The position numbers and the translations under genes were made by a program. A DNA stretch of 64,000 nt, from positions 384,001 to 448,000 of the forward strand of contig CAWGSK010000012.1 of assembly GCA_963825055.1 (NCBI GenBank), given 5' to 3'. The notes under the pieces are model-generated. The model did no database searches. It was not told where the DNA came from and was given only the letters and a program-made list of their open reading frames with translations. Source of the stretch: an uncultured Gemmatimonadales bacterium. GTDB taxonomy: Bacteria; Gemmatimonadota; Gemmatimonadetes; Gemmatimonadales; GWC2-71-9. Shown here piece by piece: positions 62,885-64,000 of the stretch; within the stretch, counting starts at the first letter, position 1, and every line of letters begins with the position of its first letter.

Positions 62885-62930
62885 TGTCAACATGTTAGAG
62901 CAATAGTCAGCGTATGGCATGGCCATTGCT
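62885..62930 (+). promoter_or_regulatory. sigma54 promoter with upstream IHF-like site for the pilin gene
   Basis: TGGCAT-GGCCA-TTGCT at 62915-62930 (GG-N10-GC); TGTCAACATGTTA at 62885-62897 is one mismatch from WATCAANNNNTTR. Confidence 0.75.
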
Positions 62931-62993
62931 CTTTCAGATGGACGAAGGCGGCCGGCTACTCGGTCGTCCATCTCTTGATGAAGAGGTTCGGCC

Positions 62994-63407
62994 ATGAGCC
63001 GAAAGGGATTTACCCTGATTGAATTGCTGATCGTGGTCGTGATCATCGGCATCCTCGCCGCGATCGCAATTCCCAAGTTTACGAACTCGAAGGGCAAGGC
63101 AGTGCTGGCCTCGATGAAGAGCGACCTGCGCAACCTCGCCACGGCCCAGGAGGGCTTCTTCTTCGATTTCGCGAGCTATGCGGGGGCCATCGGGCCGGCG
63201 CAGGCAGTTGGCGTCGTCGCCTTCGTTCCTACGAGCGGCAATGTGATTGCCCCCCTGACCAACGTTTCGGTGAATGGTTGGACCGCCACGATCACCAATC
63301 CAATTCTGGCGACACAGTCGCCAAATACCTGCGGGATTTACGTGGGCCCGCCAGCCAATTCACCGAACGCACGCGTGACCCAGGAAGCTGCACCGGCCTG
63401 CTGGTAA
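62994..63407 (+). CDS. Type IV pilin-like protein
   Basis: Class III signal KG|FTLIELLIVVVIIGILAAIAIPKF, C-terminal Cys pair and GAGG SD. Confidence 0.93.
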   Translation: MSRKGFTLIELLIVVVIIGILAAIAIPKFTNSKGKAVLASMKSDLRNLATAQEGFFFDFASYAGAIGPAQAVGVVAFVPTSGNVIAPLTNVSVNGWTATITNPILATQSPNTCGIYVGPPANSPNARVTQEAAPACW

Positions 63408-63433
63408 GCCTCTCCTGAAGTCACAAACACCAT

Positions 63434-63469
63434 GCGGCGGGGACCTCCGGGTTCCCGCCGCTGGTTTTT
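63434..63469 (+). terminator. Intrinsic terminator after the pilin gene
   Basis: GCGGCGGGGACC/GGTTCCCGCCGC stem followed by TGGTTTTT. Confidence 0.75.
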
Positions 63470-63473
63470 GGGG

Positions 63474-63545
63474 ATGGAGGGCTGGAGGCCTGGGGGTCTG
63501 GAAGTCTGGAGGTCGACGACCCACCACCTCAAAACCTCCTGACCT
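63474..63545. repeat. Degenerate octamer repeats (CTGGAGGT-like) with partial inverted copies
   Basis: atggaggg-ctggaggc-ctgggggt-ctggaagt-ctggaggt, then acctcaaa-acctcctg. Confidence 0.7.
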
Positions 63546-63630
63546 TGTGCCAAACTCCTTTCCCAACAATATTTTACCCCTTTCCATCTGAGGGAGATTC
63601 AAGGTTCTCCCTCGCGACAGTGGGCAGGGC

Positions 63631-64000
63631 ATGATCAAGGTTACCGGGGTACATCCCGATTCGCTCGGCGCCGAGCTTGGCCTCATGGCCGGCACGGAGC
63701 TGCTGAGCATCAACGGACGCCCGCTGGACGACTTCCTCGACTGGGAGTTCCACACGGCGGACGACGCCTTCCTGCTGCACGTCCGCCAGCCGGACGGCGG
63801 TGAGGTCGAGTACGACATCGAGCGCCCCGAGGGGCTCCCGATGGGGGTGTCCCTCGAGCCGCCGCGGGTGCGGCGATGCGCCAACCGGTGCGATTTCTGT
63901 TTTGTGGATGGCCTGCCGGAGGGGCTGCGCGAGACCCTCTACATCCGGGACGACGATTACCGCCTGTCCTTCAAGTACGGCAACTTCGCGACACTGACCA
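63631..64000 (+). CDS. PDZ-like plus radical SAM DUF512 family protein, truncated by the window end (not in the ORF track)
   Basis: MIKVTGVHPDSLGAELGL...CANRCDFCFVDGLPEGLRETLYIRDDDYRLSFKYGNFATLT contains a CxxxCxxC motif. Confidence 0.9.
   Translation, partial: MIKVTGVHPDSLGAELGLMAGTELLSINGRPLDDFLDWEFHTADDAFLLHVRQPDGGEVEYDIERPEGLPMGVSLEPPRVRRCANRCDFCFVDGLPEGLRETLYIRDDDYRLSFKYGNFATLT

Overview
High-GC bacterial chromosome segment, most likely Gemmatimonadota (inferred from the 16S sequence and gene content). It opens with a complete 16S-23S-5S rRNA operon that has no spacer tRNA. Next come a Ni/Co-transporter-like gene, a glutamate-cysteine-ligase/CBS fusion and a TolB-like lipoprotein. A ~35 kb all-plus-strand housekeeping block follows: era, Trm112, cax, GGDEF, zinc-ribbon protein, frameshifted prfB, lysS, lolC/E-lolD, mcsA-mcsB-clpC, bamA-skp-lpxD-lpxC/fabZ-lpxA-Gfo/Idh/MocA-lpxB-DUF374-lpxK, gdhA, rlmH, methyltransferase-bshC, murJ, uvrC, thrC, larC and a TPR protein. 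After tRNA-Gly(CCC) lies an accessory stress/metal region: acg-hsp20, fetAB, PepSY-TCS-RND efflux, yihY, Kef antiporter, c-type cytochrome, a GNAT-C39 plus RLAN ATP-grasp pair, a sigma54-type pilin and a truncated DUF512 radical SAM gene. No CRISPR array, integrase or transposase was seen. The best leads are a methyltransferase coupled to bshC (candidate N-methyl-bacillithiol), the GNAT-peptidase/ATP-grasp pair, a shared OmpR-type box linking hsp20-acg to the PepSY-TCS-RND operon, intergenic 7-9 nt tandem repeats, recurrent leaderless genes and possible CTG coupled starts. All calls come from motif reading by eye; no database searches were run, and no clearly novel multi-gene system could be demonstrated.
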